A DNA stretch of 64,000 bases from Patescibacteria group bacterium (GTDB taxonomy: Bacteria; Patescibacteriota; Saccharimonadia; Saccharimonadales; Saccharimonadaceae): the NCBI GenBank assembly GCA_030916565.1, contig JAUPWL010000001.1, forward strand, positions 5,710 to 69,709, in the 5' to 3' direction. Numbering within the stretch: the stretch's first letter is position 1; each line of letters opens with the position of its first letter. The notes beneath the pieces were generated by a model. It did no database searches and was not told where the DNA came from. It was given only the letters and a program-made list of their open reading frames with translations. The position numbers and the translations under genes were made by a program. Shown piece by piece: positions 1 to 9,961 of the stretch.

Positions 1-35
1 CAACCGAGAAGCCGAATTATTCTGAGGCATCTTGG

Positions 36-461
36 ATGGATATACCATGTCTGCGACTCGCAAGTAAACGAGAGAGCGTATTGGGGAATTATTACCAAGA
101 ACCTCTCATAACTCGCTACTCAAATCCAGAGATGAAATGGACCGCTGACTCGCGATACATTGAACTATTTGTCACCGGTAATGCACAGTGGGTCGTGTGT
201 GATGCGGCGAATATGTATGATGATGGTTTTTCGCCGATCATTTGTAAGAACGTCGATGAATTGCACGATTATTTCAACGAAGTCACCAGCAGCTACTGGC
301 TGTATCCAACTGCCGATGCAATGTTCATTCGCATCGCTAATTGGATCCTGAATACATGTCGGGACGAGGTTGATCGACTAAAGCAAGCGGTCGGGTACAT
401 CGAAGCATCAATCAATGAATGTGATGAGGTACGGTCACGGTTTGGCTACGGAACCCGATAA
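36..461 (+). CDS. hypothetical protein (acidic, Trp/Tyr-rich ORFan)
   Basis: 141-aa ORF ending before the hairpin at 513-541. No family motif recognised by eye. Confidence 0.45.
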   Translation: MDIPCLRLASKRESVLGNYYQEPLITRYSNPEMKWTADSRYIELFVTGNAQWVVCDAANMYDDGFSPIICKNVDELHDYFNEVTSSYWLYPTADAMFIRIANWILNTCRDEVDRLKQAVGYIEASINECDEVRSRFGYGTR

Positions 462-512
462 ATGTGAACATAGGGCGCGGATAACACCGCGTCCTATTTT
501 CTTTGTCATAAA

Positions 513-541
513 ATATATCCCCGCGTGATGCGGGGATATAT
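513..541. terminator. bidirectional hairpin between convergent genes
   Basis: Perfect 12-bp inverted repeat ATATATCCCCGC / GCGGGGATATAT with a 5-nt loop. It has A/T-rich flanks on both sides and lies between the 3' ends of 36-461 (+) and 564-1376 (-). Confidence 0.55.
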
Positions 542-563
542 TGTTTGTAATCGATTAAGAATA

Positions 564-1376
564 CTATTCTGTTTCGACAACGTCGCGTAGTGCGAAACCG
601 ACGACACCACCGATAAGTGGAGCGACAACGTAGACAGCGACTGCGAACCAGTCAACCTTTGTCCAGTCAACAGCAGTTGCAGCAAGTGCGACAGCTGGGT
701 TCAAAGCAACTTGTGCTTTGACGTAGCTAACAGCAACGCCAGCAACCAAAGCTGCAACGAATAGGCCGAAACCAACGGTCAATGCTTTGGCAACACGGTC
801 AGTCTTTTCACGGCGTGCACCTGCGAATGCAAATGCGAATACTGTTGCACCAAGCAATTCAGCGGAGAACACAACCCAGTGGTTAGCGTCAGTCAAAGCT
901 GCTAGTTTGAATACTTCAGGTGACTGAGTAGCGAATCCGCCAGCAGCTGAAGCTTCAGGAGCACCGGCGTGTACGAATGCGTTCAATACGACAAATGCAG
1001 CACCTGCACCAAGCAGTTGTGCGACAACATATGTACCTGCACGGAGGTGGCTAACTTTGCGAGTTACCCATGCACCGACGGTGACAAGTGGGTTGAGGTG
1101 GCCGCCAGAAATGGCACCTACCATCAGAACCAATGTCGCGAGGACAAATCCTAGGTACAGTGGTTCACCACGTGTAACCAAGAATGACGCAGTCAATAGG
1201 AATGTACCAATGAACTCAGCAATCAATGCTGAAGCAAGTACAGTTCGGCGATCACTAAGCCAAACTTTTTTGGACTTAGAAGATTCGACAGCCTTTACGG
1301 TCGTTACGGTTGATTTTGCTGGTTGGCTTTTGGCCCGGGTGGTCTTTTTGGCAGAGCCGGCTTTTTTAGTAGCCAT
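564..1376 (-). CDS. MIP-family channel (aquaporin/glycerol facilitator) with a Lys/Ser/Thr-rich N-terminal extension
   Basis: Six hydrophobic segments. MIP signature loops GGHLNPLVT (NPL variant) and ALNPAVA. Strong SD AAGGAGGG 6 nt upstream of the ATG. Confidence 0.85.
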   Translation of the reverse strand: MATKKAGSAKKTTRAKSQPAKSTVTTVKAVESSKSKKVWLSDRRTVLASALIAEFIGTFLLTASFLVTRGEPLYLGFVLATLVLMVGAISGGHLNPLVTVGAWVTRKVSHLRAGTYVVAQLLGAGAAFVVLNAFVHAGAPEASAAGGFATQSPEVFKLAALTDANHWVVFSAELLGATVFAFAFAGARREKTDRVAKALTVGFGLFVAALVAGVAVSYVKAQVALNPAVALAATAVDWTKVDWFAVAVYVVAPLIGGVVGFALRDVVETE

Positions 1377-1408
1377 GGGTTTCCCTCCTTTAAATAAAGT
1401 ATGGAGTT

Positions 1409-1417
1409 AGTATAACA
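1409..1417 (-). promoter_or_regulatory. extended -10 (TGtTATACT) for the aquaporin gene, leadered
   Basis: The reverse complement of 1409-1417 reads TGTTATACT. It lies about 32 nt upstream of the ATG, and an SD is present in the leader. Confidence 0.4.
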
Positions 1418-1454
1418 TAATAACTATTTGATAGCACAAGTTTTTTAACTCAGG

Positions 1455-1460
1455 TATAAT
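1455..1460 (+). promoter_or_regulatory. -10 box TATAAT, 7 nt before ATG 1468 (leaderless candidate)
   Basis: TATAAT at 1455-1460, ATG at 1468, and no SD between them. Confidence 0.5.
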
Positions 1461-1467
1461 AGGTGTT

Positions 1468-1710
1468 ATGGGAATTATTGTTAACCAACAAGATAATCGA
1501 TCTGAGCTGCAAAAAAAGATTGCAGCTGAGTTGAGCGAGAAGGCAAAAAAGAAACACGACGCGACACATGATTTGCCGGATGGTGTTGATGATTCAGCGT
1601 ATATGGAAAATACAAAACAAACGACAAGTTTGGCATGGGTGTGGCTGGTGATTGTCATCGCCTTTGTTGCTGTCGGCGTTGTTTACTTTATCCTCTCTAG
1701 CAATCAATAA
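1468..1710 (+). CDS. small tail-anchored membrane protein, hypothetical
   Basis: 80-aa ORF with a charged N-terminal half and one C-terminal TM segment (LAWVWLVIVIAFVAVGVVYFIL). Confidence 0.5.
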   Translation: MGIIVNQQDNRSELQKKIAAELSEKAKKKHDATHDLPDGVDDSAYMENTKQTTSLAWVWLVIVIAFVAVGVVYFILSSNQ

Positions 1711-1720
1711 TAATTTCATC

Positions 1721-1726
1721 TATACT
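1721..1726 (+). promoter_or_regulatory. -10 box TATACT, 8 nt before the pheS ATG
   Basis: TATACT at 1721-1726, ATG at 1735, no SD. Confidence 0.45.
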
Positions 1727-1734
1727 TTAGCTTA

Positions 1735-2742
1735 ATGAGCACTACCGATTCAGTACGCGACAATCTGTTGGCGCGAATAAAAACCAGCGACACGCCGTAT
1801 GAAGTACTGCGTGCTCCTGAACTGAAAGCACTTGCCGGTGAGTTGCAATCTCTTCCTGTTGAACAACGTGCCGATGCGGGCCGTGCATTAAATGAGCTGA
1901 AACAGTCGTTGCAAGCTGCCATTGATGTACGTCAGGCTGAACTGCTTGATCAAGCAGTCGTGCCGATTGATGTGACGGCGCCGTGGGATCTGAATAGTCA
2001 GCGTCCAGAACTATTGTCGACAGAAACTGGCACGCAGCATCCTATTACGGTTGAGTTAGAGCGTGTCATCGATATTTTTACTCGCATGGGATTCGATGCA
2101 CATGAATCACGTCAACTAGACGACGACTGGAATATGTTTGGTGCACTGAACTTTCCTGAGGGCCACCCGGCACGTGATGGCTATGACACATTCCGCACCG
2201 AGGAAGGCTTCATTCCACCCGCTCATACCAGCACGATGCAGAACCGTGTTTTGCGCGCTGACAAACAAAAGCTAGAAGCAGGCGGCAATATCGCCAGTAT
2301 TAGTTATGGCCGCGTGTTCCGTAACGAAGATGTCGATGCGACTCATGAGCACACGTTTTACCAAGTCGAAGGCGTGTTTGTTAGTCGCGACGCGAGTTTA
2401 TCGCAGATGCTTGGAACTCTGCGCGCATTTTTTGAAGAATATTATGGTCAAAAACTTGCTATCCGAACACAGCCGGGCTATTTCCCATTTGTCGAACCTG
2501 GTCTCGAGTTCATGATTGAAAAACCTGCCAGTATTGGTGGCAAACCTGGCGAATGGCTAGAGATGCTCGGTTGCGGTATGATTCATCCGAACGTTTTGAC
2601 AGCAGCGGGTATCGATCCAACTGAATATCGCGGTTTCGCCTGGGGTGGTGGTGTCGAGCGCATGATCATGCTGAAATATGGCATCGAAGATTTGCGCCAT
2701 TTCGAATCAGGTAAATTGGCATTTTTGAGGAAGTTCGCATGA
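1735..2742 (+). CDS. pheS: phenylalanine--tRNA ligase alpha subunit
   Basis: 335 aa with class II aaRS core motifs (FRNEDVDATHEHTFYQVEG, GFAWGGGVERM). ATGA overlap with pheT. Confidence 0.95.
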   Translation: MSTTDSVRDNLLARIKTSDTPYEVLRAPELKALAGELQSLPVEQRADAGRALNELKQSLQAAIDVRQAELLDQAVVPIDVTAPWDLNSQRPELLSTETGTQHPITVELERVIDIFTRMGFDAHESRQLDDDWNMFGALNFPEGHPARDGYDTFRTEEGFIPPAHTSTMQNRVLRADKQKLEAGGNIASISYGRVFRNEDVDATHEHTFYQVEGVFVSRDASLSQMLGTLRAFFEEYYGQKLAIRTQPGYFPFVEPGLEFMIEKPASIGGKPGEWLEMLGCGMIHPNVLTAAGIDPTEYRGFAWGGGVERMIMLKYGIEDLRHFESGKLAFLRKFA

Positions 2743-5231
2743 TTATTTCAGTAAATTGGCTAAAAAAATATACGTCTATCGATCTGCCGGTTGATGAGTT
2801 AGTGACACTGATTGGTGCGCGTTTGGTTGAGATCGAAGAAGTCGTCGACCTGGGCAAAAAGTACGAAGGCGTTGTGATCGCAAAAGTCGTTGAATGCGAG
2901 CCACTTGAGGGTAGTGACCATTTGAACGTGACAAAAATCGATGATGGTGGGGTCGCAAAAGACGTTCAGCGTGATGAACAGGGTCTCGTCCAAGTTGTCT
3001 GCGGCGCGCCAAATGTACGGGCTGGTCTGACGGTTGCTTGGTTGCCGCCAGCGAGTGTTGTTCCGGAAACGTTTGGTGATGACGAACCGTTTGTGCTCGG
3101 CGCTCGTGAATTACGCGGTGTGATGAGTAACGGCATGTTGGCCAGCGCAAAGGAACTCGACCTGTGGGATGACCACAGCGGAATTATTGAACTGGAAGAA
3201 GATCGTAAAGCAGGTGAGAGTTTTGCGAACATATATGAACTAAATGACTATCTGCTTGATATTGAGAACAAATCACTGACACACCGACCAGATACATTTG
3301 GCATTATTGGGTTTGCTCGCGAAGTCGCGGGAATAATGGGCAAGCCATTCACGACGCCACAGGCAATGACACTCGACGGGCTGACGTGGTCGACAAAACT
3401 AGGCACATTGGATGCGCCAAAAGTGACGATTGACGACCCAGAACTGAGTAGTCGCTATCAAGCTGTGGTACTCAGTAATGTGAATTGCAAAATTCCATTG
3501 TCACCACTCGAAACGCAGACGTATTTGGCACGCGTGGGTGTGCGACCGCATAGCGCTGTTGTTGACGTGACGAACTATATGATGATGGTGAGCGGTCAAC
3601 CACTGCATGCGTTTGACTATGACAAATTAAAAGCAGTGAATAATGGCGAAATTGATATCCATGTCCGTGCTGGTCGTAAGGATGAAAAATTAGTACTGCT
3701 AGATGGTCGTGAAATCACACTTACTGAAAACGACATTGTGATTGCTAACGGTGATAGAGCGGTTGCGCTCGCCGGAGCGATGGGCGGTCGCGACACAGAA
3801 ATCGATGAAAACACGACGAATGTCTTGCTCGAGAGCGCGACATTTAATTTGTATAACCTCCGCAATACACAAATGCGTCACGGTATTTTTAGCGAAGCAA
3901 TCACACGATTCACGAAAGGCCAGCCCGCGGAATTAACGACACCAGTCCTTGCCGGTGCGGTTGATATGCTGTGTGTTGTTGCTGGGGCAGATGTCGCGAG
4001 TGATGTTGCTGATACATATCCCGTCAAACAAGAACAAGCATCCGTGTCGACAACGGTTGACGCATTGAATGCTGCACTCGGCAGCGAATTTAGCGCGGAT
4101 GATATTGTCCGTACGCTGCATAATGTAGAATTCGACGTCACGGTTGAAGACGATACGATTGTTGTGACCCCTCCGTACTGGCGCGCCGATATCCATATTG
4201 CCGAAGACATCAACGAAGAAGTCGGTCGTTTGAATGGATTCGAGACAATTACTCCGACACTACCAAAACGTGATTTTACTGCCGTACAACCAGATCGTTT
4301 TGATACTGTCCGCGCAAAGATCCGCCATACGCTGGCTAGGGCTGGCGCAAATGAAGTGTTGACGTATAGTTTTGTCCATGGCGATTTGCTCAGGAAAGTC
4401 GGACAGGATCCAGAAAATTCATACCGCATCGTCAATAGTATTAGTCCTGATTTACAGTATTATCGCCAGAGTTTGACAGCAAGTTTGTTGAATTTGGTTC
4501 ATCCGAATATTAAAGCCGGTTATGATTCGTTTGCGCTGTTCGAACTAAACAAAGCACATGTGAAATCTGACGGTCTGGACAATGATAACCTGCCATTTGA
4601 GCAAGACCATTTAGCATTAGTTGTTGCACGCAAAAACGTCAAAGGCGCTGCCTATTACGAAGCACGCCGTCAACTTGAATACCTGGGTGCGCAGTTAGGC
4701 TTATCATTCACGTTCCAACCGATTACCGAACCGATCACCGGATCGGTCAATGCTGCTCCATTCGAATACCGACGCAGTGCGTACGTATTTGCGTCAACAG
4801 GCGAACCTGTAGGTATCGTTGGTGAGTTCAAGAAATCTGTCGCGAATAATTTTAAATTGCCAACCTATACAGCCGGATTCGTTGTGGCATCTGCCGAACT
4901 AGCTCGACTAACCGAACAGGTTAAACCGTCATATACACCGCTGAGTCGCTATCCATCGACCGAACGTGATATTTGTTTCCAGGTGAATCAAGCAACAGCA
5001 TATGCCGATATTCTCGATGCAGTTAAAAAAGGTCTGGCCGAATCTGGACTGCAGACAGAACTATCACCGGTTGATTTTTACCAATCAGAATCAAATGCTG
5101 AAACAAAAAACATTACGCTGCGCGTTCGTCTAACATCACATGAAAAGACACTGACCGCCGATGATGCGTCTGCCGTAATGAACAAAATGACCGATTCTGT
5201 CGTTTCTGCTCTTGGCGCAACCGTCGTTTAG
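2739..5231 (+). CDS. pheT: phenylalanine--tRNA ligase beta subunit
   Basis: 830 aa with an N-terminal tRNA-binding OB region (VVCGAPNV), B3/4 and B5 regions and a C-terminal anticodon-binding-like domain. Translationally coupled to pheS. Confidence 0.93.
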   Translation: MIISVNWLKKYTSIDLPVDELVTLIGARLVEIEEVVDLGKKYEGVVIAKVVECEPLEGSDHLNVTKIDDGGVAKDVQRDEQGLVQVVCGAPNVRAGLTVAWLPPASVVPETFGDDEPFVLGARELRGVMSNGMLASAKELDLWDDHSGIIELEEDRKAGESFANIYELNDYLLDIENKSLTHRPDTFGIIGFAREVAGIMGKPFTTPQAMTLDGLTWSTKLGTLDAPKVTIDDPELSSRYQAVVLSNVNCKIPLSPLETQTYLARVGVRPHSAVVDVTNYMMMVSGQPLHAFDYDKLKAVNNGEIDIHVRAGRKDEKLVLLDGREITLTENDIVIANGDRAVALAGAMGGRDTEIDENTTNVLLESATFNLYNLRNTQMRHGIFSEAITRFTKGQPAELTTPVLAGAVDMLCVVAGADVASDVADTYPVKQEQASVSTTVDALNAALGSEFSADDIVRTLHNVEFDVTVEDDTIVVTPPYWRADIHIAEDINEEVGRLNGFETITPTLPKRDFTAVQPDRFDTVRAKIRHTLARAGANEVLTYSFVHGDLLRKVGQDPENSYRIVNSISPDLQYYRQSLTASLLNLVHPNIKAGYDSFALFELNKAHVKSDGLDNDNLPFEQDHLALVVARKNVKGAAYYEARRQLEYLGAQLGLSFTFQPITEPITGSVNAAPFEYRRSAYVFASTGEPVGIVGEFKKSVANNFKLPTYTAGFVVASAELARLTEQVKPSYTPLSRYPSTERDICFQVNQATAYADILDAVKKGLAESGLQTELSPVDFYQSESNAETKNITLRVRLTSHEKTLTADDASAVMNKMTDSVVSALGATVV

Positions 5232-5253
5232 CGCTATAGTGTAAAGCACTAGT

Positions 5254-6186
5254 ATGAAAAAGCGGAGGAAATCGTTTTTGAAGTCGTGGCACGCTGTTGT
5301 GGCGATTATTTTGCTACCGATTATTATCGGTCTTGCGGTGTTTGCCTATGCATCAACGCAGCATGTTCCGGTGTTCGATCCTCAAGGATCAGTCGGTGCC
5401 CATGAAAAGGATTTGATTCTGTTTACTCTCGCTCTGAGTACCGTCGTTGTGATACCGGTATTCCTGATGTTGGGAATATTTGCGTGGCGTTATCGTGATA
5501 CAAATCACAAAGCCGCTTATACGCCAGATGCCGAGGGAAATCGTTGGCTGGAACTATTGTGGTGGGGTATACCGATTGCGATCATCGCTGTACTGAGTGT
5601 TGTCACTTGGGTAAGCACGCATGCACTTGATCCCAACAAACCACTTGAATCTACGGTCAAACCATTGAACGTTCAAGTTGTTGCGCTGCAGTGGCGCTGG
5701 TTGTTTATTTACCCAGAGCAGCGTATTGCATCGGTCAATGAACTGGTCATACCTGCCGGTACTCCCGTGAACTTTAGAATAACAGCTGACGGCCCGATGA
5801 GTGCACTATGGATTCCGAGTCTCGGAACACAAGTCTATGCAATGACAGGTATGTCATCAAAATTAAGTTTGATTGCCGATCATACGGGCACATTTCGTGG
5901 TTCGAACAGTAACATTAGCGGTACGGGCTATTCTGACATGTACTTTAATGTTAAAGCACTGCCGTCTCGACAAGACTTTGATTCATGGGTAAAGGCGTTT
6001 AATGACCGTCCAAAACATGAACACCTAGACCTCGACCAGTATTTGACATTCGCCAAGCCTACGCATGACAAATCTGTGCAATATCTCCATCTGCATGATG
6101 TTAGTTTGTATGACGAAATAGTCAGCAAGTACGCCCACAGTGATTCGGGTCACCACAGTAGTAAGCATGAAGGACACGAGGAATAA
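5254..6186 (+). CDS. cyoA: cytochrome o/bo3-type quinol oxidase subunit II
   Basis: Two N-terminal TM segments plus a cupredoxin domain. It aligns to E. coli CyoA (WIPSLGTQVYAMTGMSSKL) and lacks the CuA Cys/His ligands, as quinol oxidases do. Confidence 0.9.
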   Translation: MKKRRKSFLKSWHAVVAIILLPIIIGLAVFAYASTQHVPVFDPQGSVGAHEKDLILFTLALSTVVVIPVFLMLGIFAWRYRDTNHKAAYTPDAEGNRWLELLWWGIPIAIIAVLSVVTWVSTHALDPNKPLESTVKPLNVQVVALQWRWLFIYPEQRIASVNELVIPAGTPVNFRITADGPMSALWIPSLGTQVYAMTGMSSKLSLIADHTGTFRGSNSNISGTGYSDMYFNVKALPSRQDFDSWVKAFNDRPKHEHLDLDQYLTFAKPTHDKSVQYLHLHDVSLYDEIVSKYAHSDSGHHSSKHEGHEE

Positions 6187-6188
6187 AT

Positions 6189-8147
6189 ATGTTTGGTAGA
6201 TTAACGTTGGATGCATTGCCACACGATCCTGTCACTATTGGTGGCGTTGCCGGTGGTACGGTTGGATTGCTTATTATTATCGCTGCAATGACCTATTTCA
6301 AAAAATGGGGCTGGCTGTGGCGAGAATGGCTAACATCACTTGATCCGAAGAAGATTGGTGTAATGTATATAGTTGTCGCCGTCATTATGCTGCTTCGCGG
6401 GCTTGCCGATGTGGCGATGTTGCGTGCACAGCAGGCGATATTTGCAACAAGTCCAAACAGTCCTATTTCACCTGATTTATTCCAACAGGTATTCTCGGCG
6501 CATGGCACCATTATGATATTTTTCGTCGCAATGGGCGTGATTTTTGGACTGATTAATCTCATTGTTCCGCTGCAAATTGGTGCACGTGATGTGGCGTTTC
6601 CGCTGTTGAACTCGATCAGTTTTTGGTTGTTTGTTGCCGGTATGGTGCTTATGAACGTGAGTTTGGGCCTAGGGGAGTTCTCGGCAGCGGGATGGTTGGC
6701 ATATCCACCGCTATCTGAACTGGCCTATAGTCCGGGTACTGGCGTTGACTATTGGATATGGAGCCTGCAAATCGCGGGTGTCGGTAGCCTCCTGTCTGGC
6801 GTCAACTTCCTGATCACGATTTTCTTGATGCGACGCAAAGGTATGACTCTTATGAAAATGCCGATTTTTGTCTGGTCGGTTGTTACGAGTATGGTATTGG
6901 TGATTTTTGCATTCCCGATTCTGACGGCTACCTTGGCGATGTTGGGGCTGGATCGATTGCTCGGCATGCACTTTTTCACTGCAGATATGGGCGGCAACCC
7001 AATGATGTACGTCAACCTCATTTGGGCATGGGGGCATCCAGAGGTGTATATTCTGGTATTGCCGGCATTTGGTGTCTTTTCGGAAATTGTTCCAGTATTT
7101 AGCCGTAAAAAATTGTTCGGCTACACCAGCATGGTACTGGCGCTCATCGCCATTATGATTCTGTCATTTACCGTCTGGCTGCACCACTTCTTTACGATGG
7201 GTGCTGGTGCGAATGTCAACGCATTCTTTGGCATTATGACAATGGTGATTGCTGTGCCAACTGGCGTCAAAGTATTCAACTGGATATTTACGATGTTCCG
7301 TGGACGGGTCAGTTTCCAGACGCCGATGCTATGGTTTATGGCATTTGTCGCAACGTTTACGATCGGTGGAGTCACGGGCGTGTTGATGGCCGTACCGGGC
7401 ATCGATTTTGTTGTTCATAATAGTTTGTTCCTTGTTGCACATTTCCACAATATGATTATCGGTGGTGTGCTATTCGGCGCATTCGCGGCGTATGCGTATT
7501 GGTTCCCTAAATTCACCGGATTCCGTTTACATGAAGGTCTCGGCAAAGTCGCGTTTTGGTGCTGGTTAGTCGGATTCTTGGTTGCATTCTTGCCACTGTA
7601 TGCTCTCGGATTTATGGGTGCTGTACGTCGTATGGATCATTACGATGCAAGTTTAGGCTGGCAAGGACTATTTATTGCTGCCGGTGTCGGTGTGTTGATT
7701 ATTTTGCTGGGTGTATTCTTCCAGGTAGTGCAGCTGGCATACAGCGTTTGGAAGCGAAAAGAATTAGCGGTTGGTCCAGATCCATGGGGTGGTCGAACGC
7801 TTGAGTGGGCGACATCGACACCGATTGCAGAGTATAACTTTGCGACACTGGATGCTGTTCATGATCGCGATGCGTACTGGACAGTGAAAAAAGCACATGA
7901 AAAGCTATCTGCGCAGTACTACGACATCCATGTACCAAATAATTCTGGATACGGCGCACTCATAGGTGCAGCGGCTCTCGGTGTAGGATTCGCATTAATT
8001 TGGCATATATGGTGGCTCGCAGGTGTATCGATGATTGCGTTGATTGCACTAGTAATATCATCGACACAACGAACAGATGTTGAGCACGTTATTACGGCAC
8101 GCGAGGTTGCATTGACGGAAAAGCGACTGAGAGGAAAAAGGGCATGA
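6189..8147 (+). CDS. cyoB: quinol oxidase subunit I (heme-copper oxidase catalytic subunit)
   Basis: 652 aa and polytopic, with the motifs WGHPEVYIL, WLHHFFTMG and VAHFHNM. Confidence 0.95.
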   Translation: MFGRLTLDALPHDPVTIGGVAGGTVGLLIIIAAMTYFKKWGWLWREWLTSLDPKKIGVMYIVVAVIMLLRGLADVAMLRAQQAIFATSPNSPISPDLFQQVFSAHGTIMIFFVAMGVIFGLINLIVPLQIGARDVAFPLLNSISFWLFVAGMVLMNVSLGLGEFSAAGWLAYPPLSELAYSPGTGVDYWIWSLQIAGVGSLLSGVNFLITIFLMRRKGMTLMKMPIFVWSVVTSMVLVIFAFPILTATLAMLGLDRLLGMHFFTADMGGNPMMYVNLIWAWGHPEVYILVLPAFGVFSEIVPVFSRKKLFGYTSMVLALIAIMILSFTVWLHHFFTMGAGANVNAFFGIMTMVIAVPTGVKVFNWIFTMFRGRVSFQTPMLWFMAFVATFTIGGVTGVLMAVPGIDFVVHNSLFLVAHFHNMIIGGVLFGAFAAYAYWFPKFTGFRLHEGLGKVAFWCWLVGFLVAFLPLYALGFMGAVRRMDHYDASLGWQGLFIAAGVGVLIILLGVFFQVVQLAYSVWKRKELAVGPDPWGGRTLEWATSTPIAEYNFATLDAVHDRDAYWTVKKAHEKLSAQYYDIHVPNNSGYGALIGAAALGVGFALIWHIWWLAGVSMIALIALVISSTQRTDVEHVITAREVALTEKRLRGKRA

Positions 8148-8728
8148 AAGACGCTGTAGAAGAGAAATTCTTGTTTAACAAAACGACGATTGGGTTCTGG
8201 TTGTATTTGATGACAGACTGCATCCTGTTCGCCAGTTTGTTTGCAACATTCGCGGTATTGCGTCATGCAACGGCTGGTGGTCCATCGGGTAGTCAGATAT
8301 TTGAAATGCCACTCGTGATGGCTGAAACGATCATACTCTTGACGAGTAGCTTTACTTGCGGGTTGGCACTTGTTGCGCTCAAGGCACGCAAGATTACTCA
8401 AATGGTTGTTGCGCTCGCGAGTACATACATACTGGGTGCCGCTTTCTTGACGATTGAAATTAGCGAATTCGCAAAATTGATTGGCGAGGGTAATGGTCCT
8501 GCGCACAGCGCATTCCTGTCAGCGTTCTTTACGCTGGTTGGAACGCACGGTCTTCACATATTCATGGGATTATTATGGTTGCTGGTGCTTGTGGCAATGC
8601 TGATGCGTCGAGGTATTACCTCGAAATGGGTACGACAGATGACGCTGTTTGCGCTGTTTTGGCACTTCCTTGATCTCGTTTGGATATTTATTTTCACCGT
8701 TGTATACCTGATGGGAGTTGCGAAATGA
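8144..8728 (+). CDS. cyoC: quinol oxidase subunit III
   Basis: 194 aa with 5 TM segments and a subunit III-like sequence (FFTLVGTHGLH, WHFLDLVWIF). ATGA overlap with cyoB. Confidence 0.9.
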   Translation: MKDAVEEKFLFNKTTIGFWLYLMTDCILFASLFATFAVLRHATAGGPSGSQIFEMPLVMAETIILLTSSFTCGLALVALKARKITQMVVALASTYILGAAFLTIEISEFAKLIGEGNGPAHSAFLSAFFTLVGTHGLHIFMGLLWLLVLVAMLMRRGITSKWVRQMTLFALFWHFLDLVWIFIFTVVYLMGVAK

Positions 8729-9066
8729 CAATCGTAAAATACGTTATCGGATTTGTATTATCTCTCGTCCTGACAATGACGGCATATTGGGTAACCGTCA
8801 ACGGTATTGATAAAACAACACTGTATCTCATTTTGGCTGTATTAGCTCTAGTACAAATGGTTGTCCAATTAATATTCTTTTTGCATCTCGGTGAAGAGGC
8901 TCGTCCGCGTTATAAATTGGCAACATTTTTATTGATGTCATTCATGTTGGCGATTATTGTTGTCGGATCAATCTGGATTATGGACAACATGAATTACAAT
9001 ATGGCGAATATGTCGCCCAATGAAAAGAACGACTATATGCTGATGCAACACGACAAAGGGTTCTAG
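8725..9066 (+). CDS. cyoD: quinol oxidase subunit IV
   Basis: 113 aa with 3 TM segments, starting at ATG 8725 in an ATGA overlap with the cyoC stop. The longer track ORF from 8680 overlaps cyoC and is rejected. Confidence 0.8.
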   Translation: MTIVKYVIGFVLSLVLTMTAYWVTVNGIDKTTLYLILAVLALVQMVVQLIFFLHLGEEARPRYKLATFLLMSFMLAIIVVGSIWIMDNMNYNMANMSPNEKNDYMLMQHDKGF

Positions 9067-9932
9067 TGGAAAAGCATACACGTTCATACCTACAATTGAT
9101 TAAACCGGGCATCACAATCAGCAACACCATGACAGCACTCGCGGGCTATATCCTCGCATCAAGTCAGTTTGGGTTTGACTGGGGTACGTTGTTCGGTGTC
9201 GTGTTCGGTGTTGCATTTGTCATTGCCTCGGCTTGTGTCACGAATAATATGCTCGACCGTGATTTGGATGTGAAGATGCAGCGAACACGTGGCCGAGAAA
9301 TTGCTTCAGGCCACATATCACTTGTTGCCGCTGCTATCTACGCTCTCGTTTTGGGTCTCGTCGGATTCGGAGTCTTGCTGACGCTCACAAATCAACTCAC
9401 GCTTCTATTGGGCGTCATTGCGTTTGTATGGTATGTGGTTATTTATGGCCTGGCGAAGCGAACGACGCCATTGTCGACAATCATTGGTGGCGTCTGCGGA
9501 GCGCTACCGCCACTGGCAGGCTATGTTGCTGGGGCGGGCGTGATTGATACTGTTGCGTGGACGCTTTTCGGATTATTGATGGTGTGGCAGTTACCGCATT
9601 TTTATGCGATTGCAATATTCCGCCGCAGTGATTATAAAAAGGCCGGTCTACCAATTTGGTCGGTGAGTTACGGTGCGACGAGCACAAAAGCACAAATCCT
9701 GTTCTGGGTGTTTGTATTTGTATTGCTTGCTCCGATCCCGACGTTGCTGGGTGTAACGGGCTTTATCTATCTTGTGACGATACTTGGTGTCAGTGTCTAT
9801 TGGTTGTATCAAGGTGCGCAAAATTATCCAAAACTCGATGATGTTGCTTGGGCGAAAAAGATGTTTGGCATATCACTGATTGTACTTTTGGTCCTGAGTG
9901 CTGGTATTGCCCTCGGTGGCTACTTGCCATAG
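9066..9932 (+). CDS. cyoE: protoheme IX farnesyltransferase (heme O synthase)
   Basis: 288-aa UbiA-family polytopic protein (NNMLDRDLDVKM). The GTG start overlaps the cyoD stop by 1 nt. Confidence 0.88.
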   Translation: MEKHTRSYLQLIKPGITISNTMTALAGYILASSQFGFDWGTLFGVVFGVAFVIASACVTNNMLDRDLDVKMQRTRGREIASGHISLVAAAIYALVLGLVGFGVLLTLTNQLTLLLGVIAFVWYVVIYGLAKRTTPLSTIIGGVCGALPPLAGYVAGAGVIDTVAWTLFGLLMVWQLPHFYAIAIFRRSDYKKAGLPIWSVSYGATSTKAQILFWVFVFVLLAPIPTLLGVTGFIYLVTILGVSVYWLYQGAQNYPKLDDVAWAKKMFGISLIVLLVLSAGIALGGYLP

Positions 9933-9946
9933 GGGCGAGAACCAGT

Positions 9947-9952
9947 TATCAT
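9947..9952 (+). promoter_or_regulatory. -10-like TATCAT, 9 nt before the ndh ATG
   Basis: The motif TTATCATAAGCG recurs upstream of pilB at 42123-42134. Confidence 0.3.
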
Positions 9953-9961
9953 AAGCGTAAT

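Noticed and set aside
473-497. A second hairpin, GCGCGG..CCGCGT followed by CCTATTTT, after ORF 36-461, considered as a separate terminator.
   Set aside because: The stem is only 5-6 bp with a wobble pair. The perfect 12-bp hairpin at 513-541 is a much better candidate, so this one is not reported as a feature.
9941-9960. A shared 12-nt word, TTATCATAAGCG, upstream of both ndh (9945-9956) and pilB (42123-42134), considered as a possible common regulator site.
   Set aside because: Only two copies are present, the word overlaps the putative -10 box, and the similarity does not extend further. This is too little to call a regulon motif, and it is noted only within the promoter features.
9848-9961. 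N-terminal extensions proposed by the ORF track: ndh from 9848, cyoD from 8680, PfkB from 21057, pilB from 42036, clpC from 53229, GDPD to 13533 and radA from 56775.
   Set aside because: The extensions overlap the preceding gene or lack start signals. Downstream ATGs coincide with the start of the conserved domain and with either an SD or a correctly spaced -10 box.
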